Both the position numbers and the translations under genes were made by a program. A DNA stretch of 62,147 bases from a virus (lineage: Duplodnaviria; Caudoviricetes): positions 1 to 62,147 of IMG/VR virus record IMGVR_UViG_3300042868_003080; one strand, given 5' to 3'. The notes below the pieces were generated by a model, which saw only the letters and a program-made list of their open reading frames with translations, searched no databases and had not been told where the DNA came from. Of this stretch, positions 44,677-54,933 are shown piece by piece. How positions within the stretch are numbered: the first letter of the stretch is position 1; every line of letters begins with the position of its first letter.

Positions 44677-46077
44677 TCAATTAAGTGGTCGGGAAGAAAC
44701 AATCGTACCAGAGCCACCGCTGCCAGTGCCTCTCTTAGCCTTTTGCTCCTTAAGGTACTTGTTGAATTTCGGCAAATTAGTTGGGAACTTTGTTGTAGTG
44801 ATGGGAGCACGCCCAGCGAGGAGAGCGGCATTGTTAAATGCGGTACGCGCATTTGCATACTGTGTCAGCAAATCGTACGTAAGCACGTGAGTACCAGCTT
44901 TCTCAGATGCCGTAATACTTTTTGCTATAGCATCTAAGTCTTCTTTTGCCCCTTTAGCGCGTTCGGTAGCTTGTGCATAAGACAAAGGTTTTTCGCCGCT
45001 GCCGCCACTACCGCCGCTACCGCCGCTACCACGGAGGCTGGCCTCATACCTACGGAGTTGGCGATCAAGCTCATTTTCACCCTTAGTGAACGCACGGCCA
45101 GCTTCTGCTTCGCCACGCTGGAACTCACGGCCAATCTGACCTTCGCGACCTTGGATACCAGTCCGCTGCATTTCAAGTAGCTGCATAGCCTTCTGAGCGG
45201 CAACAGTGTTGCGGCCCTGTTCGAGATCGATGAGACCCTTCTGGATTTCACGCTCTTCTGCGCGACGTTCTTTTTCTGCAGCCTTAAAGCCAGGTAGTGC
45301 CGCACCGATACCTCGGGCAGCAGACTGAAGCAGAGAACCAGGCGTGTTTGCCATGGCAATCCCCGCCTCAATTAGTGCCATGTTAATATCTTTTTTACGG
45401 CCCGCTTTCAGCGCTTCAGGAGTACGTCGCTTAAGCAAGTCGGCTTCATACTCACTCGAGTATTTGGTCTCTGGCACGCCAAATAGTTTGTCCCGCATAG
45501 CAGCATTTGCCGACGGGTCTTTGTAGTTATAACCGAAGTACGTATCAGGATTGCCATCCCCGTCTTCGTCAACCTCGTCACCGGCAGCAAATGCAACCAA
45601 TCCGCCACCTGCATAGCCGTCACCGAAACCACCATTGCTAGGCTCGTCGAACATACCGTCAGGCAGAGGCATATCGGAGAGACCGCCGCCAGAAGCGTAA
45701 GGAGGTACCATACCACCCATAGCCATCATCGGCATTTCACCCTGCGGAGCAGGCATTTCTTGCGGCGGAACCACACCCATAGGTGGCGTAGCATCCATAG
45801 GCGGCATAGCCGCTGCTTCCGGTGTAGCGCCTAACCCAGCAGGTGCCGCCATCGGGGGAGGAGCCGGAGGAGCGAACACCTGCTGAGCTACAGTTTGCTG
45901 TGGCGCAGCTTCCATCTGGGCAGCAGAGCGCATACGGTCAATAAACATACCCGCCATCGTGCCCGCTGTGGGGTCAATGATCCCCATCTGCATGGCTTCA
46001 GCAATCTTCTGCTTGTTGCCGCCGTAGTCCTTGGCGATTTGTTCTGGGGACTGTAGGTCGTACGGTTTCGTTTCCAT
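44677..46077 (-). CDS. internal virion / ejection protein
   Basis: Pro/Met-rich N-terminus with repeated xAxGG motifs; coiled coil; ejection-cluster position. Confidence 0.55.
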   Translation of the reverse strand: METKPYDLQSPEQIAKDYGGNKQKIAEAMQMGIIDPTAGTMAGMFIDRMRSAAQMEAAPQQTVAQQVFAPPAPPPMAAPAGLGATPEAAAMPPMDATPPMGVVPPQEMPAPQGEMPMMAMGGMVPPYASGGGLSDMPLPDGMFDEPSNGGFGDGYAGGGLVAFAAGDEVDEDGDGNPDTYFGYNYKDPSANAAMRDKLFGVPETKYSSEYEADLLKRRTPEALKAGRKKDINMALIEAGIAMANTPGSLLQSAARGIGAALPGFKAAEKERRAEEREIQKGLIDLEQGRNTVAAQKAMQLLEMQRTGIQGREGQIGREFQRGEAEAGRAFTKGENELDRQLRRYEASLRGSGGSGGSGGSGEKPLSYAQATERAKGAKEDLDAIAKSITASEKAGTHVLTYDLLTQYANARTAFNNAALLAGRAPITTTKFPTNLPKFNKYLKEQKAKRGTGSGGSGTIVSSRPLN

Positions 46078-46079
46078 GA

Positions 46080-47408
46080 TTATCCTCCCCGGAACGTATT
46101 ATATATGCCAGCCGCAGCAAGTCCGCCGCCCAGAAGCTGTGAACCTACCGAAGCACTGGGAGCGTACGTCGTGGTTGCCGATTGGGGGGTTACTGGTACG
46201 CCGCGCAGTAAGCTGCTGTACTGCTGAAGCTGTTCCATCGGATAGTCACGCTGACGTAGGAAGTCCTGATACTGTTGATCAAGGCGTTGTTGATTAAGCG
46301 CTTGCTGCTGTGCAGCTGTACTTGTCTGCAACCCGAAGCGGGCTTGGTCGGCTTGCGATTGCGCCGAACCGATATTAGCAAGTGTCTGACCCATCTGACC
46401 AGCCTGTGCCAACCCTGCGAGACCCTGCGACGAGCCAAACTGACGAGACTGCTCTGCCATACGCTGCCTATCAAGGTCAGCCTGTTGGTTAGCTTGTAAT
46501 GCTGCAAGGCCAGTTTGCTGGTTAGCCAGTGCAGCGCGCAGTGCGTTCTCCGCGTTCATACCCTGTGCTTGGAACTGCTGTGCTTGGTTGTTGACCCGTG
46601 CCTGCTGTTCATTTGACAGGTTAGCCAGTGCGACCTGCAGCCCAGTCTGGGTGCCTAACTGTTGTGTTTGTAGTGCGGCAGCTTGGTTCTGCTGCGCCGT
46701 GGTCATACCCGCTGCGCGGTCACGCTCGAACTGCTGCTGCGCACTCTCATACGCTGACTGCAAACCACGCGACTGGATATCACCAAGCTGTTGGCCTAAG
46801 TTACGCTCACGCTCCATAGAAGCGAGGAGCTGTCGGCTACCACCATATGTGCCTTGACGGGAAGAGCCGAGGTCCTGTGCAACCTGCCCGCGCCGAGCAC
46901 TTGTAATAGCTTCGCGCATCTGAGGTTCCAGCGCCTGCTGGATAAACGGAGACATATACTGCGCAGCCTGCTGACCACCAAAACGCTCAGGTCCCTGCAT
47001 CTGGAAGTAATTAAGGTTCGGGTTGTAACCCGATTGCGCAGCTTGCATGTTCTGCGCGGCGACTTGTTGGGCCTGCACATTGCCCAACCCACTAATCTGC
47101 TGCGAACTAAACTGGCTAGGGTTATACTGCCCCGCTGCGATTGAGCGGTTCGCAACATCAGAAGCAAGGCCGGTAGCAGTACCAAACTGACCTGGTGTTT
47201 GCTGGTTTAGGATGTTACTTTGGACATCCCGCTGTTGCTGCGTAAAATCGGCAAGACGCTCTTGGCCATAAGTCTGATACGGCGTCGTTAGGTTTGCCTC
47301 TGCACGCTGCATCAACCCTTCGTAATAAGGACGTGCGTATTCGGGGAGGGATGACTGAACAACCTCCGACCGCTGTACCTGATTACTGCTACCGCCACCA
47401 CCGCCCAT
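46080..47408 (-). CDS. Gln-rich internal virion / DNA transfer protein
   Basis: MGGGGG start; LPEYARPY, YMSPF, GTYGGSRQ; C-terminal hydrophobic GGGLAAAG. Confidence 0.6.
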   Translation of the reverse strand: MGGGGGSSNQVQRSEVVQSSLPEYARPYYEGLMQRAEANLTTPYQTYGQERLADFTQQQRDVQSNILNQQTPGQFGTATGLASDVANRSIAAGQYNPSQFSSQQISGLGNVQAQQVAAQNMQAAQSGYNPNLNYFQMQGPERFGGQQAAQYMSPFIQQALEPQMREAITSARRGQVAQDLGSSRQGTYGGSRQLLASMERERNLGQQLGDIQSRGLQSAYESAQQQFERDRAAGMTTAQQNQAAALQTQQLGTQTGLQVALANLSNEQQARVNNQAQQFQAQGMNAENALRAALANQQTGLAALQANQQADLDRQRMAEQSRQFGSSQGLAGLAQAGQMGQTLANIGSAQSQADQARFGLQTSTAAQQQALNQQRLDQQYQDFLRQRDYPMEQLQQYSSLLRGVPVTPQSATTTYAPSASVGSQLLGGGLAAAGIYNTFRGG

Positions 47409-47409
47409 A

Positions 47410-47841
47410 TTACGCTCCTAGTCCTGCATCTGCGACTGGCAATTCATATACCTGCCAAAGTGCTTTATATCCATCGTTTTTAAAAATCTTTGACCAGCCG
47501 ACCCTACCAGAAGATTCGATCCGATCACAGTCATTATCGTACGCCCAGTGCTGCAACATTTTAAGCATGGGTGCTTTCCATTCCATACCCTCGTCACCTG
47601 CGCAAAAAACCATATCAAGGCATAGCATACGTGGGTACTGTTTAAAGCAGGTTACTGTAATGCCTTTGATCTCTTCGTCTACAAATGCAACCCAAAGATG
47701 GTGGTCATACTGCGTAATCGAGTCGAGGATATCTTCAGGTTCATACCGACCAAACGTGTACTCCGCAGCTTTACTCAGGTACGGGAAGATGCGAGGCCAT
47801 AACCCACTCACATGATCGGTAGGGATAAGCGAAACTTGCAT
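47410..47841 (-). CDS. GNAT-like virion assembly protein (T7 gp13/P22 gp14 position)
   Basis: 143 aa; CAG.....W...L..WA..N.C..IES.GR.GW motif. Confidence 0.55.
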   Translation of the reverse strand: MQVSLIPTDHVSGLWPRIFPYLSKAAEYTFGRYEPEDILDSITQYDHHLWVAFVDEEIKGITVTCFKQYPRMLCLDMVFCAGDEGMEWKAPMLKMLQHWAYDNDCDRIESSGRVGWSKIFKNDGYKALWQVYELPVADAGLGA

Positions 47842-49313
47842 TATGCAAGCCCGCGACGCACTTTAGTGTCTTGGCCGCGCTTCGCCTTCTTACGGGCTTT
47901 GTGAGCCTTATTCATAAGTGAGTATAGCTTATCGGCCCCCTTCTTTGGGTTGCCTTTGCCAAGGCGGCGCACTGCGTCTGCGGGCATTAGAACCTCGTCA
48001 CGCGCAACACGTGCTGGCTGGTCGCGGCCTATACGGGCAGGGATACTATCACTTACTCCATCACCTGGACCATCAATCGGACGGCCACCAATACGACGAA
48101 GAGCTTCCATGCCTGCGTTGCTGCTGCCGTTACCGATTTCAGATACCGTGCGCGCATCGAGTACAAAGGCTCCATCCGCTAGTTCAACTTCGCCGCCATC
48201 AGCGTAGCCAGTGTCCATCTCATCAAAACCAGTGCCGGTCATATACGGTACGAAACGCTGGCCGTATTTCGGAGAACCCTTAGGTGTCTTCTTATTAACG
48301 GGTAGCAAATAGTTTTGCATAATCGGCGTACCTGGCGCAGTGCTGGAACCCGGACGCACAACTTGCCCCTGCATATTGTAGATTTCAGGCATATCTACGT
48401 CGAAGTAGCGTCGCTCTTTAGACGAACTAAGAAGCTCATCGGTAGACGGAGCAAAAGTAGCTGTGCGTCGCTGCGCAGTATACGGACCAACATAAGAGTT
48501 ATCGACCGTGCCATCCGAACCCATGGTGCCCATTGAGGGGGTCATTGCGCCGCTAACACCCTGTAGGGCACCGGAAACAGCCAGCGGAACCGCCGCCTTA
48601 CCAAGAAGTCCCGTCATGTTGCCTTTAGCGGTGTTAGCAAAGCCCTGTCCAAACCTACCTAAGAGGCCGGGGGCGGCGGACTGACCGGCAGTAGCACCAG
48701 CTATATTTCCGGTTACGTTAACAGCGCCCTCTACAGCAGGTAGTCCTAATGGGTTAGCCATATTACCTATTGCGTTTTGAGCAACATTACCTGCAGTGGC
48801 ACCCGCTGTATTAGTTGCTGCTGTTTTAGCAAGTGCACCCTGAACACCACCAGCAAGCGAAGCGCCACCAAAAGCACCAAGACCTGCTGAAAGACCCTTA
48901 GACAAACTGCCGGTCAGAGCTGTTGCACCGAGACCTGTCATAAGGCCAGCTTGCGCCGCAGTGCTAAGACCCTTGATTGCCAGCCCCGAACCCGGAAGTA
49001 TAAAGTTCATACCGATACCCAGCAGTGTGGGTAGTAGTTTCTTGAGGATGCCCGCTTCAGGCAGACCTGTTTGCGGGTTAATGGTAAGTGAGCCGCCTGA
49101 TGCCAAAGCTAGACCTTGGAGGCTGTTAACCTCTTCGGGTGTCATGTGGACGAGCATCGAGTCTTCACCGCGACCTTGCGACTGAAGTTGCTGCGCCATT
49201 GGGTTCTGAGCTACATTAAGGCCGCCCTGCATAGGAAGACCACCCGTAGTGCCGGGTATAGGAGTACCTAGCTGTGGAACATTACCCATAGGTGAAGCTG
49301 CGTTGTAGTCCAT
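47841..49313 (-). CDS. internal virion protein with GPGDGVSDSIPA domain
   Basis: GRGEDSMLVHM...TINPQTGLPEA; YADGG; GPGDGVSDSIPARI. Confidence 0.6.
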   Translation of the reverse strand: MDYNAASPMGNVPQLGTPIPGTTGGLPMQGGLNVAQNPMAQQLQSQGRGEDSMLVHMTPEEVNSLQGLALASGGSLTINPQTGLPEAGILKKLLPTLLGIGMNFILPGSGLAIKGLSTAAQAGLMTGLGATALTGSLSKGLSAGLGAFGGASLAGGVQGALAKTAATNTAGATAGNVAQNAIGNMANPLGLPAVEGAVNVTGNIAGATAGQSAAPGLLGRFGQGFANTAKGNMTGLLGKAAVPLAVSGALQGVSGAMTPSMGTMGSDGTVDNSYVGPYTAQRRTATFAPSTDELLSSSKERRYFDVDMPEIYNMQGQVVRPGSSTAPGTPIMQNYLLPVNKKTPKGSPKYGQRFVPYMTGTGFDEMDTGYADGGEVELADGAFVLDARTVSEIGNGSSNAGMEALRRIGGRPIDGPGDGVSDSIPARIGRDQPARVARDEVLMPADAVRRLGKGNPKKGADKLYSLMNKAHKARKKAKRGQDTKVRRGLA

Positions 49314-49380
49314 TATCTCGTATCCTACCTTGTACCTACGCTTATAGCGGCAATCTGATAAAAACTAAAGCCCTTACACA

Positions 49381-50052
49381 TCATGCAATCTCCGACATAA
49401 ATTCAACCTGCACGATTGCAGACGGAGTAGCTGGAATGGCGGGTGTCACCCCTGCCGAATATGTAACCGCCGGGAAATGTTCTAGAGACACGCCTGTATT
49501 TGTAACATGCCACATAACTTGAATGTAGTCATTTGCAGCTAACTCAACCATGATGGGCGTCGTGACAATTAAGTGCGATGGGTTACCAGTACTTTTACGT
49601 GCCGCAATAGAAAACCGGCTATTAGTGTCGGGGATATCGGTTCCATTTTTGCGCAGCCAGATATCAATGTCTTGCACGTCATTGGTCGTATTCTTGAATT
49701 GAAGGCTGTAGTTAACGGTATACACACCCGCGTCTGGTACTGTGAGGCGAGAACCACTGCTGAGCGTAACCCCATCTAGGAAGTCTGACGCATCATAAGT
49801 AACAGCGTAAGCAGTGTCGATTGCAGCGGCAGTCTGGTCGGTCTGGCTTTGGAACTGCCCATAAGGAAGTGTTATATGGATACCACTCCCATAAAAATAG
49901 TCAGCGGTGTACGTCTCAGCGTTATTGCCTGTACGCGAGTCCAACTGCGAGAAGTAGTTTTCTATAACGCGGATAACCTGCCGCATATACTGCGGGTCAT
50001 ACTGTGACGGCGCGTTAGGCAGAGGAGCAGCGCGGAACTTATCAAGTGCCAT
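49381..50052 (-). CDS. tail-associated protein (C1q/BclA-like C-terminal domain)
   Basis: PLPNAP..YD; TVP.AGVY.VNYSLQ...IWLRKNG...L.ANDYIQV. Confidence 0.5.
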   Translation of the reverse strand: MALDKFRAAPLPNAPSQYDPQYMRQVIRVIENYFSQLDSRTGNNAETYTADYFYGSGIHITLPYGQFQSQTDQTAAAIDTAYAVTYDASDFLDGVTLSSGSRLTVPDAGVYTVNYSLQFKNTTNDVQDIDIWLRKNGTDIPDTNSRFSIAARKSTGNPSHLIVTTPIMVELAANDYIQVMWHVTNTGVSLEHFPAVTYSAGVTPAIPATPSAIVQVEFMSEIA

Positions 50053-51983
50053 TAGCGTTTACCATCTGGGCGAGCGTCCAAGCGCGGTGCGCCAAGCTGC
50101 CAGTTAACACCGAGAGTATCCGACTGGATTTTAAGCGCCATCTGACGTGCACGGGCACGGACAAATATCTGGTCTGTGTACTGGTTTACCGACGTTTCTA
50201 TAACGCGTTGTGTGTCGGCAGCGTCACCAGAGAAGCTAGACCCCGGAAAGTTCCGTGGGCGGATTTGCAGTGTGACTTCTGGGTTATCAGCTACCGAACC
50301 ATTAAAGTTAATATCGGGCAGTATACGCCGAGTTAGCATGAACTGGTCGCCGTCCTCGAGATCGAAGTCCGACGATTGGATATAGCTCTCCATAGGCAGT
50401 GCGTCGTCGTTAACGCCAAACTCATGGATGTATAGGGCACCTGCGTTTGTGCCGCCCGGAGTGTTAGTAGCTTGCGGGTAGTTCCGCAGCGCGGTGTCGA
50501 GCCATGCAGTTCGGTCTATAGTGCCGTAATACCAAATGCGCTCAAGATGGTTATAGACAACATAGGCGTCGTTATAGTCGCTCTGCGCGGATGGGTAGAA
50601 CCACCATATCTCGTTCCAACGCTCGTTAGTACCGCACACCACTTGGTCTGCTTGGTTGATGTTGAAGTTGCTGAACACGTGGTTACGCAAGGAGCATGGC
50701 AGTGTCTCGACGCGGCCTGTGTAGGCATAGAACTTGTCTTGCCCCATCCAGTACGTAATGTTGGCAGCGGATGCCATGGCGCGAGGCGACATAACTGATA
50801 TGTTATCCGCATACTCCTGAAGCCCGAACACATCTGTGGTGCCGAGAAACTGCAGGGTGAAAAGGTGCGTGTCAGTCCAGACCAAGATTTCCTGACGAGT
50901 AGGCAGTGCCCGTACGATACGCGAACCACGAGAAATGCGTAGGTCGCCAGCGGTGTTGGTCTGTGTAGGTGTCCAATCGCCCGGAGTATCTTGGTCGGCC
51001 CAGCGGATAAGCAGCGGATCAAAATCGGCAATATCTGTAGACCCAAATGGCACTGCGCCAAAGGCAATTAAGTGGCGGTCTTGCTGCGATACCAGCAACT
51101 GCATAATCTGTGCTGGAACAGCGTCAGGGTCAAACCCTTCACCATCGGCGTAATCCGCAAGGCGTATAGCTGGTGTAGACAAAGCGGGGCCGGGGTCTTC
51201 CAGCGTGCCGCGCACCCACCAGTAGCCTTCACCGTTACGGATATTCATCACAAGGTCGTTGTCGAAGTTATCAAACCACCAGTCGCGCTGAGGCAAGAAC
51301 ACAGGAGTAATGGTCCCTGTACCCCAATCACCGCGACCCCATGTACCGACATTCCACCCGTAGCCGCCAACTGTTATAGGGTTTCCGGGGCTAATCTGGA
51401 AAGATAGGTCTATGGCAGTGCCACCTGCGGCAGAAACAGTTGATGTAGCAGCCGTGCTAACTGTGTAGGTAAAGATAAAGTTGTCTACACGGGTTACCTC
51501 ATAGGTGCCGTTAATCTCCGTAATGGGGATACCACCAATGGCGGATGGACTGCCTGAACCGGTAACGCCTGCAATAACTACATAGTCGCCAGTCTGCGCA
51601 CCATGCGCAGTGGCTCCAAGGTCTACAGTAATCGTAGTTGAAGTATCAGTCGTGTTTATGCAGTTATCAGTATCGGGGGTAGAAAGCACTGGGTCAGTAT
51701 CACGTAGCGGTGTGATGTCGTAGAAGTTACCAGCAATTTCGATGTAGACTTTGACGTTGGTGCCCATAGCGAGCATGTCGTCGGAGTAAGTCGTGATCCA
51801 GTTCAACATCTGACGGCAGTAGCCGACGAAGTCACTAGGCGCAGAACGCTGCCAGCCACCAAGCTTCTCAGGATAGCCAGAGCGGAACCTGATTTTGTCG
51901 CACTCAAACCAGCCACCCTCGTTCGAGTAGTTGGTCTGGTCGCGGTTCACACCGGGCTTAAACTGGAGCTTGATGAATGGCAT
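50052..51983 (-). CDS. tail tubular protein B / DNA-stabilisation (nozzle) protein
   Basis: Start MPFIKLQFKPG at 51983; RFRSGYPEKLGGW, IRWADQ, EIWWFYP; ends RLDARPDGKR. Confidence 0.75.
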   Translation of the reverse strand: MPFIKLQFKPGVNRDQTNYSNEGGWFECDKIRFRSGYPEKLGGWQRSAPSDFVGYCRQMLNWITTYSDDMLAMGTNVKVYIEIAGNFYDITPLRDTDPVLSTPDTDNCINTTDTSTTITVDLGATAHGAQTGDYVVIAGVTGSGSPSAIGGIPITEINGTYEVTRVDNFIFTYTVSTAATSTVSAAGGTAIDLSFQISPGNPITVGGYGWNVGTWGRGDWGTGTITPVFLPQRDWWFDNFDNDLVMNIRNGEGYWWVRGTLEDPGPALSTPAIRLADYADGEGFDPDAVPAQIMQLLVSQQDRHLIAFGAVPFGSTDIADFDPLLIRWADQDTPGDWTPTQTNTAGDLRISRGSRIVRALPTRQEILVWTDTHLFTLQFLGTTDVFGLQEYADNISVMSPRAMASAANITYWMGQDKFYAYTGRVETLPCSLRNHVFSNFNINQADQVVCGTNERWNEIWWFYPSAQSDYNDAYVVYNHLERIWYYGTIDRTAWLDTALRNYPQATNTPGGTNAGALYIHEFGVNDDALPMESYIQSSDFDLEDGDQFMLTRRILPDINFNGSVADNPEVTLQIRPRNFPGSSFSGDAADTQRVIETSVNQYTDQIFVRARARQMALKIQSDTLGVNWQLGAPRLDARPDGKR

Positions 51984-52159
51984 TAGCTTTTCATACTCAG
52001 TACAATAGCAAACTGCTGCACCACGGCATCTGTAGCCGCAGTATCGCAAGTGCCATCAGGGTTAAACACAGCAGGTACCTCAAAATAGACGCCACCTTCA
52101 AACGTGCCCTTGGCGTACCATTCAGTTTCGTTTGCTGGGTAGAAGATTGTTAAGACCAT
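51983..52159 (-). CDS. small hypothetical protein (58 aa)
   Basis: Manual translation MVLTIFYPANETEWYAKG...; TAATG overlap. Confidence 0.55.
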   Translation of the reverse strand: MVLTIFYPANETEWYAKGTFEGGVYFEVPAVFNPDGTCDTAATDAVVQQFAIVLSMKS

Positions 52160-52163
52160 ATGC

Positions 52164-52595
52164 CTAACCCCACGTTATCGGAACGGTGCCGCTTGTGCCT
52201 AGCGGGTTGGTAAGGACGTTAACCCAAGTCCAATCACCAACGCTGTAACTGGCGCTAGCGCGTGTGAATGTTGTCCCATTTGCTACCAAGCTAGTCCAAC
52301 CTTCGTTGGGTATATTCTCGTCTGTATTTAGTAGGAGTGCCCTTACGGTCTGCGAATAAACACCGCTGTAGTAGACATCAAAATTAGTGTAATACAGGTC
52401 AGTTATATCAACCGTACCACCAAAAACGGTGTTGGACATAGCACCCATACCCGTTAGGGGGTAATACCCCGCACGGTAACCAACATACCTTGTTCCATCC
52501 GATGTAAAATCAAACGTCTGATACCCAACGGTCATTGTCGCGGAACCCGCGTATACTACACCCCCGCCAGTTAGTGAGCACATAATCCCAGTCAT
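52164..52595 (-). CDS. putative fibre-tip / receptor-binding protein 1
   Basis: Start MTGIMCSLTGGG at 52595, coupled to the fibre stop; aromatic/Thr-rich. Confidence 0.55.
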   Translation of the reverse strand: MTGIMCSLTGGGVVYAGSATMTVGYQTFDFTSDGTRYVGYRAGYYPLTGMGAMSNTVFGGTVDITDLYYTNFDVYYSGVYSQTVRALLLNTDENIPNEGWTSLVANGTTFTRASASYSVGDWTWVNVLTNPLGTSGTVPITWG

Positions 52596-53506
52596 TAGCT
52601 GACACCTGTGCCGCTGATTACCCATGCAGTAGAAGCAACTTTAACGCATGTCGCTAGGCCACGTTGTGCCAGTGTACGGGTGCCTGTGTTCGCAGTACCC
52701 GCAAAATACATAGTGTCCGTCGTGATGGATATGGTTTGGCTGCTGCTGCTATTGTTGAATATGACGACCGCTGTACCCACAGGAAACGCAACCGAACCGT
52801 TAGCTGGAATAACAACACCGCCAGTTGTGATTGAGATGTGCTTGCCTGCATCGGTTAGCGCCAGCGTGTAGGTAGCTGTTTGGCTGTTCTGCGGCAGACC
52901 ACGGAAGCCGGGAGCCGCTGCACCTATGGTACCTGCGTCTAGCACTGTCGTAGCAGTTAAGTTTGTGGTTGTGGCGTTCGTAGACGTCAGGTTTGTAAGT
53001 ACCGCAGTTGTAGCGTTGAGGTTTGTAGACGTAAGGTTTACTGTAGTAAGCTCGCCAATTACGCCATTAACCGCAGCAACGTTTACAGCGGTTAGGAGCG
53101 GCGTGTATGAGAGAGCACTAACGACATTAACACCATCGCTGTATACCCAAGCTGTAGAACCTGCAGGTACGGTGATACCGGTACCAGCCGCAGTCTTAAC
53201 TACAATAGCATCTGCACAATCATTCTGGACGATGTACGGCTTTTCAATCGAAGGGACTACGAGATTGCGAGTTGAACCTCCAGTAGTGCCTGTGCAGCGT
53301 AACCGTAAGTTACGTGCCGTCTGGGATGCGTTGGTATTGCTAAGCGTCAGCGTGACGTTGGCACTGGAGAAGGTGACATCAGCAGAACCGACAATGGCTT
53401 CTTCTAGTGCAGTACCCAGGTTAGTGTTGGTGACGTCACCCCATGAGGTGTTGTTTTCACCCGTTGCCATGAGTTGGATTTTAAGGGGGCTGTAGGTACT
53501 TGGCAT
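52595..53506 (-). CDS. tail fibre
   Basis: MPSTYS...GENNTSWG..TN.N anchor; xNLTx repeats; C-terminal PQNSQT...AFP.GT domain. Confidence 0.7.
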   Translation of the reverse strand: MPSTYSPLKIQLMATGENNTSWGDVTNTNLGTALEEAIVGSADVTFSSANVTLTLSNTNASQTARNLRLRCTGTTGGSTRNLVVPSIEKPYIVQNDCADAIVVKTAAGTGITVPAGSTAWVYSDGVNVVSALSYTPLLTAVNVAAVNGVIGELTTVNLTSTNLNATTAVLTNLTSTNATTTNLTATTVLDAGTIGAAAPGFRGLPQNSQTATYTLALTDAGKHISITTGGVVIPANGSVAFPVGTAVVIFNNSSSSQTISITTDTMYFAGTANTGTRTLAQRGLATCVKVASTAWVISGTGVS

Positions 53507-53515
53507 CTTCGTTCC

Positions 53516-54082
53516 TTACGTCGGTATCTGAGTCCAGATTACTGTGTTTCCGTCATTGACTTGCACCCATGCTCCCGTCTGGCTATCATCAACAGGTACC
53601 CAATTAGGTGTTTGGTTATCATTAATCTGACCCCAGACAAGTGCGCTAGTTATAATCCCAGCAGCCGAAACTCCTGTTGGATATACCGTAACTCCAAGCT
53701 TTAAACTAGTAGTGCCAATAAATCCAGTGGCGAATACACCTGTGGGTGTTGCGTTCTGGTTGATCTTAACGGTGGTAGTGCCGATAGAGCCAGTGGCCGA
53801 AACACTCGTGAGCGTTGTGAAGGCTTCACCCGCTACTGTAGCCACATCTACGAAACCGGTGGCCAAAACGCCTGTGGGGGTGGTGCTAGCTGTACCAGTT
53901 ACGGCAACTGTATCTACGGAGCCGGTGGCCGAAACGCCTGTAAGGGTAACCCCTATACCAAGGGAGAATGTAACAGTACCGACAGACCCAGTAGCTGAGA
54001 CGCCAGCTACGTTAACATTGTTGTTAAGTGCACCCCCGATATCAGCAAAGGGAGCGCCTGCGAAGGAGGTAAAACCAAACAT
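53516..54082 (-). CDS. virion protein with ~21-aa GVSATGSV repeats
   Basis: MFGFTSFAGAPFA N-terminus; about 6 repeats; Trp-containing C-terminal repeats. Confidence 0.65.
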   Translation of the reverse strand: MFGFTSFAGAPFADIGGALNNNVNVAGVSATGSVGTVTFSLGIGVTLTGVSATGSVDTVAVTGTASTTPTGVLATGFVDVATVAGEAFTTLTSVSATGSIGTTTVKINQNATPTGVFATGFIGTTSLKLGVTVYPTGVSAAGIITSALVWGQINDNQTPNWVPVDDSQTGAWVQVNDGNTVIWTQIPT

Positions 54083-54124
54083 ATGTAAGCCCCCTCCTTC
54101 CGGCTAGGTTAGCGTTATTAGGGT

Positions 54125-54307
54125 TTAGCCCCCGAGATATTGTGAAGCAGCGGCAGCTACAGTAGCGATGGTGGCAAGGATACCAGCCAGCTTAACTTTC
54201 CAGCCAAAGGCAGGTTTCGCTTCGCCGTCCATAGGAAGTATCTTACCTGCGGCTTTCCTTAGAAGCGCCTTTTCAGCTTCCTTCTTCAATGTGCTCTTAA
54301 AGTCCAT
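54125..54307 (-). CDS. small membrane protein (lysis-associated?)
   Basis: AAGGAG SD; basic N-terminus, C-terminal TM helix; directly after the endolysin. Confidence 0.55.
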   Translation of the reverse strand: MDFKSTLKKEAEKALLRKAAGKILPMDGEAKPAFGWKVKLAGILATIATVAAAASQYLGG

Positions 54308-54318
54308 CGTCGTTCTCC

Positions 54319-54933
54319 TTATAACCAAGCAGCATACTTCTTGGTCTTAGCTTTACGGTCTTCGAGGCCGTGTGTACCACCATTAATACGCTTTGTCAGC
54401 GCAAGGATTGCAGCGTCGTTAATACCTTGGTCGCAGATGCTCCACAGCTTGTTTGCATCAAAGAACCACAAGGCGCTTTCAAAGCCCAGTTCGGTAGCCA
54501 CAAGGTCTGGATTGTCCAAAATCTCTTGTTCGCGGCCAATGTACCTACCGAATGCGCGGTAGTTGTTCTTCCCGGTGAGTTGTAAGGGGCCTCGACCCCG
54601 GTACAGCCACCCTTCGCCTGACGCTTCGTCACCATTACCCATGCGGTTTGCATATACGCGGTTGGCGATCTTCTGTGGCTGACGCTCGTAAGCCTTGGCC
54701 AGCGCATCGGTCGGAAAGTACTTCCCAAAGATGCTGCGCAAGCCCTTCGCGCCGTAGTTCAGGTTTTCGCTGAACGCCTTGAAGTTGCCGCTTTCGTGTG
54801 CCGTCTGGGCGAAGAAGTGCGCAGCGCGGTTCTTGTTTAGCTTAAAGTGGTCGCAGGCGGATTTCAATGTTCCCGGCCCGAACGCGCCATCTGGATGGCA
54901 TCCACATTTACTTTGAAGGTTCATTAAGCTCAT
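54319..54933 (-). CDS. glycoside hydrolase family 19 endolysin
   Basis: HFFAQTAHES, ENLNY, YRGRGPLQLTGKNNY, INGG..GL.DR; N-terminal DG.FGPGT peptidoglycan-binding-like motif. Confidence 0.9.
   Translation of the reverse strand: MSLMNLQSKCGCHPDGAFGPGTLKSACDHFKLNKNRAAHFFAQTAHESGNFKAFSENLNYGAKGLRSIFGKYFPTDALAKAYERQPQKIANRVYANRMGNGDEASGEGWLYRGRGPLQLTGKNNYRAFGRYIGREQEILDNPDLVATELGFESALWFFDANKLWSICDQGINDAAILALTKRINGGTHGLEDRKAKTKKYAAWL

Noticed and set aside
44741-44751. Second TTTGCTCCTT copy (AAGGAGCAAAA on the minus strand)
   Set aside because: Inside coding sequence (LKEQK), 80 nt from the next start and not in a hairpin; probably chance, though it is a caveat for motif specificity
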